DNA from: Stramenopiles sp. TOSAG23-2
Taxonomy: Eukaryota
Direction: 5' to 3'
DNA: 59,699 bases
Assembly: GCA_900128395.1 (NCBI GenBank)
Contig: LT649253.1
Location: 1 to 59,699, forward strand
A program made the translations under genes and the position numbers. The notes beneath the pieces are model-generated. The model saw nothing but the letters and a program-made list of their open reading frames with translations. It ran no database searches and was not told the origin of the DNA. Every line of letters begins with the position of its first letter. Positions within the stretch are counted from its first letter, which is position 1. Below, in pieces: positions 57,483 through 59,699 of this stretch.

Positions 57483-58928
57483 ATGAAAATAATATTATTA
57501 TTTGTAATAATAATAATTGCAATAACCAATGTATATGCTGGTGGAATGTATTCCAAATCATCAATGGTAGTTGATATGAATGAAAAAGAATTTAAAGAAA
57601 CAGTTTTAAAAGATAAAGATGGAATATGGTTAGTAGAATTCTATGCACCATGGTGTGGACATTGCAAAGCATTAGCTCCAGAATATCGTAAAGCAGCAAA
57701 AGCATTGAAAGGAATTGCAAAAATAGGTGCAGTAGATGCTGATGCAGAGAAAGCATTGGCTGGGAAATATCAAGTTCAAGGATTTCCAACCATTAAGATA
57801 TTTAGTACAGATAAGAAAAATCCAAAACCATATAATGGACAGCGTACTGCACGTGGTTTAGTAGATGGTTTATTAGCAGAGTATCGTTCTGTTGTTAATA
57901 GTAGACTCGGTGGTGGCGGTGGCGGTGATGGTGGTAGCGCGTCTGGTGGACGTGGTGGTGGCAGCGCAGGCGGTAATGCTGGTGGTGGCGGCGCCGCTGA
58001 TGCATTTGGATATAAAAATTCTGCTTCACATATTATAACTGATTCTAATTTTGACGATGTTGTTTTAAATAGTAAACAGCCATTCCTTGTTGAATTTTAT
58101 GCTCCATGGTGCGGTCATTGTAAAGCATTAGCTCCTGAATGGGTTCGTGCATCAAATGAATTAGAAGGTAAATTTAATTTAGGTGCAGTAGATGCAACCG
58201 TCCATCAAAATGTTGCACAACGATATGGTGTCCGTGGTTACCCGACTATTAAATATTTTCCACCAGGTAATAAAGATCAACCACCTGAAGATTATCAAGG
58301 TGGTCGTACTGCTAATGATATTGTCATGTGGGCAATGCAAAAAATGGAAGAGGCTGGATGGGAACCAGAAGTAGATGAGTTAAATGATGAAAAAGCATTT
58401 AAAAAAGTATGTGATAAAGCAGGAAAAATTTGTGTATTAACATTTTTACCTGATATACGAGATACTGGTAAAGATGGCAGAGAAGAAATTATACAAAAAA
58501 TTAAAAATGTTGCAAAGCGATCACAAGGTCCATTCATTTTCAATTGGGTTGCAGCAAATTCTCAACCAGGATTTGAAAAAGCTTTTGAAATGCAAGCTGG
58601 TTTCCCAGCAATTGCGTTGATGAATTATGGAAAGAAACGATATAGTGTTTTCACTGGAGCATTTGAAGAAAAGAAATTATTAAAATGTAAGTATAATATA
58701 CATATGTATATGTATATATAAAAACATATTTTCACTAACGACAATTATACTACATTTATATATAACACAGGGGTCAATGCAAAAGGTGGAACACGTGCAG
58801 GTAGACGTGGAAAGATTGAAAAAGACTGGCCATCATTTATGAAAACAGATCCATGGGATGGAACTGAACCTGAAGTATATGAGGAAGAATTTAGCTTGGA
58901 AGATTTAATGGGCGATGATGACGAGTAA
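57483..58928 (+). CDS. PDIA6: Protein disulfide isomerase A6 (P5), 453 aa; exons 57483-58686 and 58771-58928
   Basis: Signal peptide, two EFYAPWCGHCK thioredoxin domains with Gly-rich linker, b domain, TDPWDG acidic tail; intron 58687-58770 GTAAGTA...CACTAAC...CAG. Confidence 0.93.
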
Positions 58929-59105
58929 GGGATATAAAGTAAGCTGTACATATAATAACGATTGAGTATATCATACAAAAAGAAAAACTGAAGTATATGA
59001 GGAAGAATTTAGCTTGGAAGATTTAATGGGCGATGATGACGAGTAAGGGATATAAAGTAAGCTGTACATATAATAACGATTGAGTATATCATACAAAAAG
59101 AAAAA
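58870..59105 (+). repeat. Exact 118-bp tandem duplication over the PDIA6 stop
   Basis: CTGAAGTATATGAGGAAGAATTTAGC at 58870 and 58988. Confidence 0.9.
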
Positions 59106-59254
59106 CCGGAAGATGTAACGAAGGTATGAAATGTGTGCGTAATAAAAGAGCGGTTACACACGTATATAAAACTCGTATATTTAATATGTATTACGGTATT
59201 TTAATATATTTGGCTTTTTCTTATCTCAAACATCCCACACAAAATCCTTTTTTT

Positions 59255-59699
59255 TTAATGATTTAAATCACCATTACCATCTCCTACTCTTCTACCATTT
59301 TCATCATAAAAATTTGCTTTTCCACCTTTTAAACGTAAAAGTGCAATGATCTCTTGGCGAATTGGACTATCATTATTATGATATGCACAGTCCAGGGGAG
59401 TGCGCCCCCACCTGTCCTTCTTATTAATACTATCAATTGTCATGTGATTTAATAATAGTTCAATCAACCCCGTATTCGTTCTGTTAAAACATGCTGCTAA
59501 ATGTAATGCATTAATTCCATTACTATCTGCAATATTAGGATCAGCTTCACATTGTTCAATTAAATATTGAACTACTTGGAAATGTTCTTCTGCTGCAGCT
59601 GCCATTAAAGGTGTACCTTCATAACCACTACTAGTTTTACCGACTTGACTCACCATATCTTTCAATGTCATATCATCTCTGTAGCCATTCACATCACGA
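59255..59699 (-). CDS. Ankyrin-repeat protein, C-terminal part (runs off the window end)
   Basis: GTPLMAAAAEEHFQVVQYLIE, GINALHLAA, GRTPLDCAY; frame is open to the window edge. Confidence 0.88.
   Translation of the reverse strand, partial: RDVNGYRDDMTLKDMVSQVGKTSSGYEGTPLMAAAAEEHFQVVQYLIEQCEADPNIADSNGINALHLAACFNRTNTGLIELLLNHMTIDSINKKDRWGRTPLDCAYHNNDSPIRQEIIALLRLKGGKANFYDENGRRVGDGNGDLNH

Noticed and set aside
1639..59699. Alternative nuclear genetic code
   Set aside because: Long conserved ORFs translate normally, Trp is TGG, and TAA, TAG and TGA all terminate genes

Overview
AT-rich, gene-dense, intron-poor eukaryotic nuclear DNA from a flagellated protist. Stramenopile/MAST-like is an inference from gene content and style, not proven. 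About 19 protein genes use the standard code: a ~3226-aa VPS13-like bridge lipid-transfer protein with N-terminal PH + TM segments and EF-hands, a VOC/glyoxalase protein, a secreted Reelin-like/EGF/VWD/DNRLRE protein, a QRICH2/DUF4795-like coiled-coil protein, head-to-head DRC5/TCTE1 and DRC1 (both nexin-dynein regulatory complex subunits), a secreted YHYH/cupredoxin/beta-helix protein, an MFS transporter, an SH3-CAAX protein, a membrane-anchored FIST protein, a DUF229 protein, a cytosolic carboxypeptidase, a PhyH dioxygenase, PDIA6, an ankyrin protein and several unknowns. Four introns have strict GTAAGTA...CTAAC...AG signals. Two ~165-bp MITE-like inverted-repeat elements and a few gene relics are present. 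The assembly is visibly imperfect: 13 exact 88-146 bp tandem duplications, concatenated haplotypes, two displaced inverted copies and one N gap. Most frameshifts are therefore probably artefacts. No rRNA, tRNA or CRISPR array was recognised.
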